DNA of 40,932 nt, taken from UHGV virus genome UHGV-2003109, one strand, 5' to 3'. Each line of letters opens with the position of its first letter. Within the stretch, counting starts at the first letter, position 1. The translations under genes and the position numbers were made by a program. This DNA comes from a virus. Of this stretch, positions 20,700-30,937 are shown piece after piece. The notes under the pieces were generated by a model, which was not told where the DNA came from, searched no databases, and saw only the letters and a list, made by a program, of their open reading frames with translations.

Positions 20700-21193
20700 T
20701 ACTCCTCCTGCTGTAATTCCTCCTCATCATCCGCACCTGCTTCAGTCACCCGCAGGGCTATCTGATCGCGCAGATCATCAATAATGGACTGAACACGGCT
20801 CACAGCGGCAGGCTGCAGACCGCAGTCACGTTCAAGAATATCCGGTAATGTCTCCAGCACCTGCACGACCGCTTTTGCCCAGATGGCAAACTCCCGTCTG
20901 ACATCACTGGCCGGAATGAGTTGTGCCGTTTCCTGTTCGAACTTAAGACGCTCACGTTCAGACTGATACCAGGCTTTGCGCTCATGCGCGTCCATTTCGC
21001 CTTCTGCAACCGGCGGTGGTAATGCCAGAAATGCCGACACAATATCAACCACCCGATAAAGCTTGAGGTTGCTTTCATGCCCCCCTGCAACGGGTAGATT
21101 TTGCAGCCTTGCCGCAGCAGTCTGGCGATGTACACCTGACAATGCCGCCAGTTGACTGATATTCAGCGTCAGATTTTTTAACTCTCGATCCAT
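20699..21193 (-). CDS. nu1: Terminase small subunit
   Basis: 164 aa; N-terminal wHTH (NISQLAALSGVHRQTAAARL); lambda Nu1-like; TAATG overlap with A. Confidence 0.85.
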   Translation of the reverse strand: MDRELKNLTLNISQLAALSGVHRQTAAARLQNLPVAGGHESNLKLYRVVDIVSAFLALPPPVAEGEMDAHERKAWYQSERERLKFEQETAQLIPASDVRREFAIWAKAVVQVLETLPDILERDCGLQPAAVSRVQSIIDDLRDQIALRVTEAGADDEEELQQEE

Positions 21194-21349
21194 ACCCGCT
21201 CCAGAATGTTTTAAACATGCATCTTGCGAACAACTTTAGGCAAACGGTGTTAGCGATGAACAAAAAACAATCAGAATCGACACCATAAAAATAAAACCAC
21301 TGTAATACCAATCAATTACAGTAGTGGTGATGACGAATAAAATTTCAAA

Positions 21350-21400
21350 AACTAGCCTTTTTCCGCGACGCTCCCGCCCCGTGGCAGGGGCCCCCACCGG
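21350..21400. other. Candidate cohesive end site (cosN with adjacent cosB-like region)
   Basis: Minus-strand GGGGCGGGAGCGTCGCGGAAAAAGG...GAAATTTTATTCGTCATCA resembles lambda GGGCGGCGACCTCGCGGGTTTTCGC...GAAAATTTT...CTTCGTCATA; ~160 bp upstream of Nu1. Confidence 0.45.
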
Positions 21401-21739
21401 GAGGACCCGACAGCCTGACAGCCGTGACGAGCATCTGATACAGCGCTTTACATAATGGCATAGGAATAATTCAGAAGGACATCACAGCATGCCCACACAA
21501 ATTAGTGTGAGTGTCCTGTTTCTTCCTACGCACAGGACTGACGAGCATGAGGGGAAAATACGCGAACCATAAATGCCTCATCTTCAGCAATGCAGCCGAA
21601 CAGGACGATATTGTAAATTCACCTAATTACGAGGACATTGCAGTAGTTGAATTGCAGCTCTGTATTAGCCTGCAGTGACAGAATGCGATATTGACTCTGT
21701 CACAGGTGAAATAGTTTGAATGATTAGCAGTTATGGTGC

Positions 21740-21946
21740 TCAGTCAACCACCAGGGAATAATCCTTCGAATTCTTATCGTGCTTCACCAACGCTGCCTCA
21801 ATTGCCCTGAATGCTTCCAGAGACACCTGATGTTCTATACATGCAATTACAACATCCGGGTAACTCATAGAAATGGTGCTATTAAGCATATTTTTTACAC
21901 GAATCAGATCCAACGAGAGTTCATCAGCAGATTGTTCTTTATTCAT
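21740..21946 (-). CDS. Small hypothetical protein, Qin YnfO-like by position
   Basis: 68-aa ORF with ATG start between cos and ydfO. Confidence 0.5.
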   Translation of the reverse strand: MNKEQSADELSLDLIRVKNMLNSTISMSYPDVVIACIEHQVSLEAFRAIEAALVKHDKNSKDYSLVVD

Positions 21947-22246
21947 TTTGTCGCTCCATGCGTTTGCTCGTCATCTAGCGGTTAAAATATTACTTCAAAT
22001 CTTTCTGCATAAAAGAGGAAAAGTATGAAAGTTTGAGTACATCGACCTTACATACATCTGTCGGTTGCATATCCCTCCTGGATGCCAGCAAGGCTCAACT
22101 TTGTTACGCAACCAACACTATTTATTGAAAACAGGCTTAATATTTGACATAAATCATCAACAAAACACAAAGAGGTCAGACCAGATTGAAACAATAAACA
22201 CGATAATGCAAACTACGCGTCATCGTATCACATGGAAGGTTTACCA

Positions 22247-22657
22247 ATGGCTCAGGCTGCCATTTTTAAAGAAATATTCGATCAAGTGCGTAAAGATTTA
22301 AACTGTGAATTATTTTATTCTGAGCTAAAACGTCACAATGTCTCACTTTATATTTACTATTTAGCCACAGATAATATTCACATTGTGTTAGAAAACGACA
22401 ACATAGTGTTAGTAAAAGGACTCAAAAAGGTTGTAAATGTTAAATTCTCCAGAAACAAACATCTTATAGAGACCTCCTATAATAAGTTGAAATCAAAAGA
22501 AATCACATTTCAACAATACAGGGAAAATCTTGCTAAAGCAGGAGTTTTCCGATGGGTTACAAATATCCATGAACACCAAAGATATTACTATACCTTTGAT
22601 AACTCATTACTATTTACTGAAAGCATCCAGAAAACTACACAAATCTTACCACGCTAA
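22247..22657 (+). CDS. ydfO: YdfO-like protein (DUF1398)
   Basis: [30 protein letters not shown]... matches E. coli Qin YdfO; GGAAGG RBS before ATG at 22247. Confidence 0.8.
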   Translation: MAQAAIFKEIFDQVRKDLNCELFYSELKRHNVSLYIYYLATDNIHIVLENDNIVLVKGLKKVVNVKFSRNKHLIETSYNKLKSKEITFQQYRENLAKAGVFRWVTNIHEHQRYYYTFDNSLLFTESIQKTTQILPR

Positions 22658-22808
22658 ACCATAACGTCCGGCTTCTCTCACTCCTGAGCCGGACTGCATT
22701 GGTTTAATAAAAACCATCAACAATTGTGATTTAGATATTCGGAACCATTCAAATATAACAAAACCCCGTAAAAACGAGGTTTATGGATAAATTTTATTAT
22801 TGAATACA

Positions 22809-22985
22809 TCAGATTAAATTAATCTTGACATCATAGCTTTCAAGACCCGTCATTTTTTCCCGTGCGGTAAACTGAATACTGGTAACTTCTTTCCCGGTCT
22901 TTTTCTTAAGTTCAATAATTTTTTTTGTTATATATTCAGAAATATCTGCTTCTGCTTTTGTTTTTAAGTCTTCAATATTCATCAT
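22809..22985 (-). CDS. gnsB: GnsA/GnsB-family small protein (not in ORF track, under 60 aa)
   Basis: Manual translation MMNIEDLKTKAEADISEYITKKIIELKKKTGKEVTSIQFTAREKMTGLESYDVKINLI, close to E. coli GnsB. Confidence 0.75.
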   Translation of the reverse strand: MMNIEDLKTKAEADISEYITKKIIELKKKTGKEVTSIQFTAREKMTGLESYDVKINLI

Positions 22986-23154
22986 TTCCTCTTTTAGTCT
23001 GTTATGACTTTCCAGTTACACTGGTAAGTCGATTATATGGTGCAAACGTGTAAAAGATAAGATGAAACATCGCAATAATCAACATACGATAGTCTAAATT
23101 TTACACAAACAGACAAAGAGAATTTTCCTGAATTATCAATGCAATAGCATCAAA

Positions 23155-23385
23155 TCAACTCAAGAGCCTTATTGCTGCTTCCAGAATTTCTTCTGAAGTA
23201 ACATGCCGATCCGCGGCTACATAAATGACTTTATGATCTCCGGTCAGAGATGGAAACCCTGCGGCCATTACAGTAAGGTGTGTTTTTTCGCCATTTGGAT
23301 ATTCACGCATGATGGTGTTAACTCCAGTCATCGCTGGCACTACCACTGCTGGTTCAGAGTTAAAAAAAACTATGATTTTTTTCAT
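23155..23385 (-). CDS. Small protein, Qin YnfN-like
   Basis: MKKIIVFFNSEPAVVVPAMTGVNTIMREYPNGEKTHL...; ATG at 23385. Confidence 0.6.
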   Translation of the reverse strand: MKKIIVFFNSEPAVVVPAMTGVNTIMREYPNGEKTHLTVMAAGFPSLTGDHKVIYVAADRHVTSEEILEAAIRLLS

Positions 23386-23429
23386 GATGTTACCGTAGTA
23401 TGTGAGTATCCATCGAATAGACACCAAGC

Positions 23430-23449
23430 AAAAAAGCTCCCGAAGGAGC
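23430..23449 (-). terminator. Intrinsic terminator downstream of cspI
   Basis: Minus-strand hairpin GGCTCCTTCGGGAGC followed by TTTTTT. Confidence 0.5.
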
Positions 23450-23656
23450 CTTCATTTTCACTTTTTTAAATCCAACGACAGACGGCTGGCATTTAAGTAT
23501 TGTGAAATATTATCAAATGTAATCATCATTGATTTACAAAAGATACATTTTGCCCCGAAAGGATTCATGTCAGAAACATCAAAAGATGATGTTCTATACT
23601 GGGAACCATGACAACACGGGCATCTAAAGTGAATATGGTTTGTAATATTGTCTACC

Positions 23657-23869
23657 TCAAAGCGCCACTACATGAACAGCGGCAGGACCTTTAGGTCCGT
23701 TCTCAATACCAAATTCAACTTCCTGATTCTCAGTTAATGTTTTGAAATCGTTGCTCTGAATTGCTGAGAAATGGACAAACACATCTTTGCTGCCATCTTT
23801 CGGCGTGATGAAACCAAAACCTTTTTCAGGGTTAAACCATTTCACTAAACCAGTCATTTTGTTAGACAT
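23657..23869 (-). CDS. cspI: Cold shock protein, CspI-like
   Basis: [45 protein letters not shown]... with CSD RNP motifs; ~370 nt upstream leader. Confidence 0.9.
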   Translation of the reverse strand: MSNKMTGLVKWFNPEKGFGFITPKDGSKDVFVHFSAIQSNDFKTLTENQEVEFGIENGPKGPAAVHVVAL

Positions 23870-24238
23870 AATTATTACCTTTTGAAGAAATTAGCCCTTG
23901 GGCAGAATGGTCCGAAAAAAAATATCAGAGAGAAAAACCAACAAGGAAATCTCAAGAGGTACAAATAATAAAATTATAACAATGACTGCTTCAGATAAAT
24001 TTGTAACAAACCAGAACACCATTAACGCATGATTAACCACCCATAGCAAGGATTACTTTTGTAAAGAAAAACACAGCAATGAAAGAATAGCTTTATTTAT
24101 TAATAAAACGTGTCATTCTGATTAATGACCTTTTATCTTACCCTTAAGATTTCAGGAATTTTGACTCATGGAAGAGTCCTTTTTATTTAAATTTTACATT
24201 CAGCGATGTAAATGTTCCGATTTAATATTACCCTACAT

Positions 24239-25256
<1,018 letters not shown>

Positions 25257-25260
<4 letters not shown>

Positions 25261-25568
25261 ATATATTTATGATGAGGACGCTCGTGCTTATTGGCAGGAT
25301 TTTCAATCTTAAAGGAGTACTGATGCTGCAGATAAGACTCAACTTTTTCTGACAATTTTTCTGCTACTTCCAGGAAGACTTGCCGGACGCTCCTTCTGGC
25401 TGCTGCCTCATAAAACTCCAGCGCAGCTCCTTCAACACGGTCCATGGCGACATCCAGGCCAAAAATTTCACCGTCAAAGCGTTCTTTGTCCTGTAAGGCT
25501 ACAGTTACCGTAACTTTATTCTCAAAATTACGGACTCCTTTCACAACCAGTTCATAGTCTTGAGTCAT
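25257..25568 (-). CDS. YdfR-like protein (DUF1327)
   Basis: 103-aa ORF between holin and endolysin, as ydfR in Qin; ATGA coupling to the endolysin start. Confidence 0.7.
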
Positions 25569-25572
25569 TGGA

Positions 25573-25788
25573 TTACTCTCCTCTCGCAGCCTTACGCCTG
25601 TCTTCTTTAATCTTGAAATAAAGATTTGTCAGATACGTCAGCAGGCCAAAAACCAGGCTACCCAGCACACCGATTGCAGCCCACTGTGACGGAGTTACTT
25701 TATCGAGTAACTGCAATGCCCAGAAACCAGCATTACCCGCCGATGTGCCATAGGCAACACCTGTTGTTAACTTATCCATTGATTTCAT
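25573..25788 (-). CDS. Class II pinholin, phage 21 S-like, with dual-start motif
   Basis: [71 protein letters not shown] nearly identical to S21; Met1 and Met4 starts. Confidence 0.9.
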   Translation of the reverse strand: MKSMDKLTTGVAYGTSAGNAGFWALQLLDKVTPSQWAAIGVLGSLVFGLLTYLTNLYFKIKEDRRKAARGE

Positions 25789-26007
25789 ATCCTCACCCCG
25801 ATGTACACGGATGGTGCAATATGTTTGAAAAGATCGGAGTCTACGGGGTAGTTTTGACAGCACACGTTGTTCTCAACGGCGCTAAAGAAACATACACATT
25901 AAAAATGTGAGTAATTATTTTGAAAGAAAGTTATATATAAAATAATAATACGAGAAATGTTTTCATATTTAGTGTACTGTATACGGCCATTTATACAGGA
26001 AAAGCCT

Positions 26008-26178
26008 ATGTCAGAACGTAAAGACTCAAAATCACGCCGTAATTATCTCGTTAAATGTTCCTGCCCAAACTGCACCCAAGAGTCAGAACACAGTTTTTCA
26101 AGAGTACAAAAAGGTGCCCTTTTGATCTGCCCTCATTGCAACAAAGTATTCCAGACAAATCTTAAAGCTGTAGCCTGA
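26008..26178 (+). CDS. Small zinc-ribbon protein (CxxC...CxxC)
   Basis: MSERKDSKSRRNYLVKCSCPNCTQESEHSFSRVQKGALLICPHCNKVFQTNLKAVA; two CxxC pairs. Confidence 0.45.
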   Translation: MSERKDSKSRRNYLVKCSCPNCTQESEHSFSRVQKGALLICPHCNKVFQTNLKAVA

Positions 26179-26235
26179 TTGATTTTATTAGTAACAAGTA
26201 TTTTTTATATTTTAATAATATATTTAAAGCAGATA

Positions 26236-26258
26236 ATAAAAAACCCGCCTGAGCGGGT
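26236..26258 (-). terminator. Intrinsic terminator between cspB and the holin
   Basis: Minus-strand hairpin AACCCGCTCAGGCGGGTT followed by TTTTTTATT. Confidence 0.5.
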
Positions 26259-26541
26259 TTGAGATTGTGGTGCTTTTTGTGGGAGTCATCCACTTACGCA
26301 CTTTGTTTTGCCATGCCAGCAGTTAGCTTCTGCTGTAAAACTATTCATGCAGCAAACCTGCACTTCACCACAATGGTTAGCATACTTTTCCTGATTAAGA
26401 TTTTGCCAAATATGCTGGCCATTGTTTCATGTATTGGACCTCCTTACTTTTTATTAAAGAGATCCAATATTCACTACTCTGTCCGTATCTCTACTCAGGC
26501 ATCAGCCTTCTTCGTTATCGTATACAGACGAGCGATGAATT

Positions 26542-26757
26542 TTAATCAGTAATGATGACATTTGCTGCTGCAGGACCTTTAGCACCACTCTCTATAGAGA
26601 AGGTAACCTTTTGACCTTCAAATAAGGTTCGATAATTATCATTCTGAATCGCAGAAAAATGCACAAACACATCTTTACTACCATCAACAGGAGAAATAAA
26701 GCCGAAACCTTTATCAGCGTTAAACCATTTTACTAAACCAGTCATTTTATTTGACAT
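26542..26757 (-). CDS. cspB: Cold shock protein, CspB-like
   Basis: [67 protein letters not shown]. Confidence 0.9.
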   Translation of the reverse strand: MSNKMTGLVKWFNADKGFGFISPVDGSKDVFVHFSAIQNDNYRTLFEGQKVTFSIESGAKGPAAANVIITD

Positions 26758-27057
26758 TCTACATTCCTTAACTTGAGCCTTTCGGCATAAATGGTTTGCA
26801 TAACAGAAACGACTTCGTACTTAATTGGAGAGACTCAAAGAAGGAATAAGTGAATAACACCTGAAATGAGAACTGCTTTAGTAAACTACTTCGTATATCG
26901 TCTGTTCTTCAAACCGACGCAATCATTAACGCATAGTTGAACATATGAAGCAATGTTTATTTTAGACATCCAGCCATCTTCAACCCCATCAAAAAACTAT
27001 AGCTTTCTTCAGGAACGTGTGTATAGTGCGCCAAGTTATCAGTATTAAGGAATTTTT

Positions 27058-27270
27058 TTGTCCCGTAAAATGACAGGAATTGTCAAAACCTTTGACGGCA
27101 AAAGCGGCAAGGGTCTTATCACCCCATCCGATGGTCGTATCGATGTCCAGCTTCATGTTTCAGCGCTCAATCTCCGCGATGCAGAAGAAATTACCACCGG
27201 ATTACGCGTGGAATTTTGCCGGATAAATGGTCTGCGTGGCCCTTCAGCTGCCAATGTTTACCTTTCATGA
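27058..27270 (+). CDS. cspF: Cold shock protein-like, CspF/CspH type
   Basis: [70 protein letters not shown]; TTG start in track. Confidence 0.85.
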
Positions 27271-27562
27271 GCTATATTAAAGCTTTAATTTCAGGCCCCA
27301 TCGGATCACACATGGAGAGTTTTTATGAATAACCCCGTCTGTCTTGATGACTGGTTGATTGGCTTTAAAAGCTTATGCTGTACTTTGGCCGTAATAGCTC
27401 TGCTAATAATATAATAAGCAGACTCATTGTGTTTAGGGACATTGTACTGGAAGAAAACATTTTAAACATCAGGCAAATAACCAAGTCACCAGCTAAATAA
27501 TAAGTTAACAGACATGAGTCCCGGGATGAGATTCAACATTACCATTGCCCCATTTAAAGCAC

Positions 27563-27597
27563 AAAACCCGCTCATCAGCGGGTTTTCTACTTTTTCT
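27563..27597 (-). terminator. Bidirectional intrinsic terminator; candidate tR' downstream of the late promoter
   Basis: Hairpin AAAACCCGCT-CATC-AGCGGGTTTT flanked by T-rich runs on both strands, ~100 nt downstream of Q. Confidence 0.5.
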
Positions 27598-27609
27598 TAA
27601 CGTCGGGTA

Positions 27610-27645
27610 TACAAAGCCCATCGTTGAAAAAATTTTATCCATATT
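27610..27645 (-). promoter_or_regulatory. Candidate late promoter pR' (with qut region) immediately downstream of Q
   Basis: Minus-strand TTGCAT, 17-nt spacer, TAAAAT between Q stop and the terminator hairpin. Confidence 0.35.
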
Positions 27646-27691
27646 TTTTGAAAAATGCAAACATCATGTCGCCATCTTCAGCAAAAATCAT

Positions 27692-28444
27692 TTATCTCGT
27701 CACCTTCCTCAATTGCGCTTCCGCGTATGCTTCTTCCTGCCAGCACTTTGTTACCAGTTTATCAATGACGTCCGCATACCCTTTATACCACTGATAATCG
27801 GTCAGGTCTGGTACCAGCTTCTGGACATGACGTCGTGCCAGCGTGGTCGGTAAACGACTAAACCGGTTTCCATTACAACGCCCACAAATCTTATATACCG
27901 GTACGCCATGAAACCGGGTTCTTTTTTCATCCAGAACAATCCCTTTACCCTTACACCCTCTGCACGCTGTGCTGACTTCGCCCTTACCATGGCAATGCTG
28001 ACATAGTTCCTTCACCCATTCTTCCTTGATTACAGATTCCCCGCATCTGTAGTGTTTCACCACTTCGCGCAATACATTATAAAATCCCGTACCTGAACAA
28101 TGCTCACAGCGAGCCTTACTTGCCGCAGACCTGGAGTAATCAGCAAAGGCAAAATTCACGAGGTAAGGAATAATCTGTAACCGGATTTCTTCACTCAATT
28201 TGTTCAATGTCGGGTTATCCAGTGCCATCGCGTAATTTAGCAGGCCTTCAATCGCAAACTGAGAGTCCTGAACACCAACTTTTGCCAGAAATAAGGCCAA
28301 CCCAAGTGGTGCTTTCGACTGCACCATCCCCTGCGCTGCCATTACATCCGTAATTGTTAAACAACCGGTGCCTGTCGCTGGAGCGTCATCGCTCAATTTT
28401 GGAGATTTTGGGGAGTAATATTTTGGTAAGGCTTCAAGGTTCAT
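27692..28444 (-). CDS. Late antitermination protein Q (phage 82/21 Q family)
   Basis: 250 aa with multiple CxxC zinc-binding motifs (CEHCSGTG, CQHCHGKG, CRGCKGKG, CGRCNG); QuuQ/QuuD-like. Confidence 0.85.
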   Translation of the reverse strand: MNLEALPKYYSPKSPKLSDDAPATGTGCLTITDVMAAQGMVQSKAPLGLALFLAKVGVQDSQFAIEGLLNYAMALDNPTLNKLSEEIRLQIIPYLVNFAFADYSRSAASKARCEHCSGTGFYNVLREVVKHYRCGESVIKEEWVKELCQHCHGKGEVSTACRGCKGKGIVLDEKRTRFHGVPVYKICGRCNGNRFSRLPTTLARRHVQKLVPDLTDYQWYKGYADVIDKLVTKCWQEEAYAEAQLRKVTR

Positions 28445-28457
28445 GCTCGTTCTCCAC

Positions 28458-29546
28458 TTACGCCAGTACGCCAGTTGCCAGCGCGCGATCGATAAAACGA
28501 AATATCAGCTCCAGTTGGGAGCCATACTTCTCTTCAAATGCCACTGTATCCGTATGCAGCTCGTTGTGATGCTTTCTGCACAAAGGCAACACAAAGAGAT
28601 CATGTGCTTTTGTTCCCATTCCGCCCTGCCCGTGACCAATCAGATGATGCGGATCGTCGGCTGGCATACCGCAGCAAGCACACGGCTGTGTCTTAACCCA
28701 ACGTGTGTATTTCTCCTTAACCCAGCGGCGACGTTTAGGCAGCTTCATGAAAGATTCCGGAGACTCTGGATCAACGGTGATGATTACCACCGTCTTTTCC
28801 TGTGGTGGTTTTTGTTGCTGGTGGGCGTAAGGCAACGGTGCAAGATTTTTTGTGCGTTGTTTCAATATGCTGGTGGCGGTCTGCTCTCCCGGTACGATGT
28901 CGCTTTCGCGGTACACCGAGCAGATTTTTTCCGCTGGTAATCCCAGCGAACGACGCGATACAGCCTCAGGTAGTGCATCCACCACCTGATTGCAGACCGC
29001 CCACCAGGATAATTCAGCCAAAGATAATTCCCGCTCCTGCGTACCGCTTATTGCGTGACGGATGACGTCAATCACCCATGCTGTCAGATTTTGTTGAGCA
29101 AGCAGCTCCAGTGATTCCGATGTCTGGTCACGCAGTTGGTTGTCGCAGTGCCAGCACAACACCATTGCGCCGGTACCATAACGGTGAATGACTGTTTCAG
29201 TGTGATGGTAATCGCCATTAGGCCACTGGCAGGATGTAACATGACGTAATAGCCAGTCGGACAATGCGCCAACGCCGCCAGCAGCACGAATCACCCGTTC
29301 GTTACTAAAAAACGGCAGCAATGTTTTGTCTTCCGCCAGCGGCTGGCGAACGGCAGGAACGACTCCGGATGGCAGATTACGCATGCTTTTTGGTTCCGGT
29401 TCCACCAGCACTCGAGGATTATGAAATATCTGTATGGATTCACGGCCCGGCTTAAGGACCACCAGCCCAAGCTCAGGCACCAGAACAGGTCTAAGTAATA
29501 CCCGCACGTTACCTCCAGATCCGTTGCTGGAAAGTGCGGGACGCAC
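28458..29546 (-). CDS. YdfU-like protein (DUF968) with C-terminal HNH-like motif
   Basis: C-terminal CACCG...DPHHLIGHG...CRKHHNELH; Qin ydfU position next to Q; start uncertain (overlaps rem in track). Confidence 0.75.
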   Translation of the reverse strand: MRPALSSNGSGGNVRVLLRPVLVPELGLVVLKPGRESIQIFHNPRVLVEPEPKSMRNLPSGVVPAVRQPLAEDKTLLPFFSNERVIRAAGGVGALSDWLLRHVTSCQWPNGDYHHTETVIHRYGTGAMVLCWHCDNQLRDQTSESLELLAQQNLTAWVIDVIRHAISGTQERELSLAELSWWAVCNQVVDALPEAVSRRSLGLPAEKICSVYRESDIVPGEQTATSILKQRTKNLAPLPYAHQQQKPPQEKTVVIITVDPESPESFMKLPKRRRWVKEKYTRWVKTQPCACCGMPADDPHHLIGHGQGGMGTKAHDLFVLPLCRKHHNELHTDTVAFEEKYGSQLELIFRFIDRALATGVLA

Positions 29547-29787
29547 GTGGTGGGCGTTCGGAATAAGGCAGCCTGACAGAGATTATCCAGTGCCGATAGT
29601 CGAGACTGAGAGCTTTCTTAACCTCGAACCCGCGCCTGCGGTAAGAATGAATCAGCCATTCGGCCTGTTCTGCAGTGCATGGAGGGTGCTGGAACCATTC
29701 AGACTTGAATGCGTGAGAATACCGCCCGTGCGTGCAGGCAAGAACGGGCGAATTATCAGAATTGTAATATTTTGCGTTGCGTGCCAT
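29509..29787 (-). CDS. Small protein, Qin Rem-like by position
   Basis: ATG at 29787 (MARNAKYYNSD...); lies between the 83-aa ORF and ydfU. Confidence 0.55.
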   Translation of the reverse strand: MARNAKYYNSDNSPVLACTHGRYSHAFKSEWFQHPPCTAEQAEWLIHSYRRRGFEVKKALSLDYRHWIISVRLPYSERPPRASRTFQQRIWR

Positions 29788-29853
29788 CGGTTTTCTCCGG
29801 TGGCACGGTGTTACTCAGCGGGAGTTCAGCCCCGCGCAAGATTGTAGATGAGT

Positions 29854-30105
29854 TTATTCTCCTGAAAAAGCAGAAAAGCCAGCTTTTATTCCGATCTCTT
29901 TCAATGCCTGTAATGAAGTGACAAACTCACCTTCGCGCAAGATAAATCCGTCCGTGACCCGAGCATCCACAAAATTAATTAACGCAGCCCCATTCTTTCG
30001 CAAACACAGAATGCGGTAATGACTAACAATGTTTCCATTTTCAACGCACACAGCATAGAGGCCATCTTCACAAAAAATTTTACGCAGTTCTTCGATGTTC
30101 ATCAT
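29854..30105 (-). CDS. Hypothetical 83-aa protein, no recognisable family
   Basis: Tandem ATG start preceded by GGAAGGA RBS. Confidence 0.5.
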   Translation of the reverse strand: MMNIEELRKIFCEDGLYAVCVENGNIVSHYRILCLRKNGAALINFVDARVTDGFILREGEFVTSLQALKEIGIKAGFSAFSGE

Positions 30106-30233
30106 CAGAATCCTTCCGGATAATTAGCTCTCCCCTTTAAGGGACCATCCCTCTTATCCCTGCGCGCTACTTAAGTATTTTTGATTCTATTCCGGCACCG
30201 TCCAGAACTTCAAACGCGTTGAAAATAAAAACA

Positions 30234-30254
30234 AAAACCCGCCGAAGCGGGTTA
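30234..30254 (-). terminator. Strong intrinsic terminator downstream of hok
   Basis: Minus-strand AACCCGCTTCGGCGGGTT followed by TTTTGTTTTTATTTT. Confidence 0.6.
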
Positions 30255-30321
30255 AGTGCGGGTGCGTTGAGGATGCCTGCCACATCAGAGGTGGCGAGGG
30301 ATTTCTCCCTCGCCGGGTCTC

Positions 30322-30477
30322 TTACTCCTCAGGTTCGTAAGCTGTGAAGACAGCGACCTCCGTCTGCCCGGTTCGGATTCGTACCTCGCAGAGGTCTTTC
30401 CTCGTTACCAGTGCCGTCACTATGACGGTTAAACAGATGACGATCAGGGCGATTAACATCGCCTTTTGCTGCTTCAT
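30322..30477 (-). CDS. hokD: Hok-family type I toxin (HokD/RelF-identical peptide)
   Basis: MKQQKAMLIALIVICLTVIVTALVTRKDLCEVRIRTGQTEVAVFTAYEPEE; AAGGAGA RBS; track ORF is an in-frame N-terminal extension. Confidence 0.9.
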   Translation of the reverse strand: MKQQKAMLIALIVICLTVIVTALVTRKDLCEVRIRTGQTEVAVFTAYEPEE

Positions 30478-30659
30478 AGCCTGCTTCTCCTTGCCTTTCG
30501 GCACGTAAGAGGCTAACCTACATGTGTCTAGCATGAAATTGGCCTCAGATTAATGTTAAGCGTCTTGCAGGACGCGTAATGTTAACTGGGGCTTTTCTCT
30601 ATCTGCCGTTGGTGTTCATGCCCGAGGCAGATAGCCTCAAGCACCCGCAGCAATTTTAC

Positions 30660-30767
30660 TTAACTCCCTCTACCTCGCCAATCAGAAAATCGCTCCATGA
30701 AAGCAACAACAAGACAATAAATTACCAGCACAGCCACAATAGCCAACACACACGTCAGAGCCAACAC
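30660..30767 (-). CDS. Candidate 35-aa hydrophobic small membrane peptide (GTG start), not in ORF track
   Basis: Minus strand AGGAGG-TTATC-GTG TTG GCT...; translation VLALTCVLAIVAVLVIYCLVVAFMERFSDWRGRGS; inverted repeat immediately downstream. Confidence 0.3.
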   Translation of the reverse strand: MLALTCVLAIVAVLVIYCLVVAFMERFSDWRGRGS

Positions 30768-30937
30768 GATAACCTCCTGTATTGGACGTATACCAATACT
30801 GATAAATATGAGACTGCCTCTTCAATGATTCAATACAACTATTGGGTGTTCATCTAAAGAATGAAATGAAGGTAAAGTGTATATTTCAGCTCAGCGAAGT
30901 TAGAACCGTATACTCTCGATACTAACTTCGCATTGTG

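Noticed and set aside
21400-21740. Possible tRNA or sRNA gene in the long non-coding region between cos and the ynfO-like gene
   Set aside because: No cloverleaf-compatible sequence or acceptor stem with CCA was recognisable by eye; only a short inverted repeat (TGACAG...CTGTCA). Left unassigned.
30322-30534. 70-aa track ORF suggesting a larger Hok or a Mok-like frame
   Set aside because: It is an in-frame N-terminal extension using a non-ATG start; the 51-aa Hok peptide with its own AAGGAGA RBS is the supported product. A true mok would be in a different frame.
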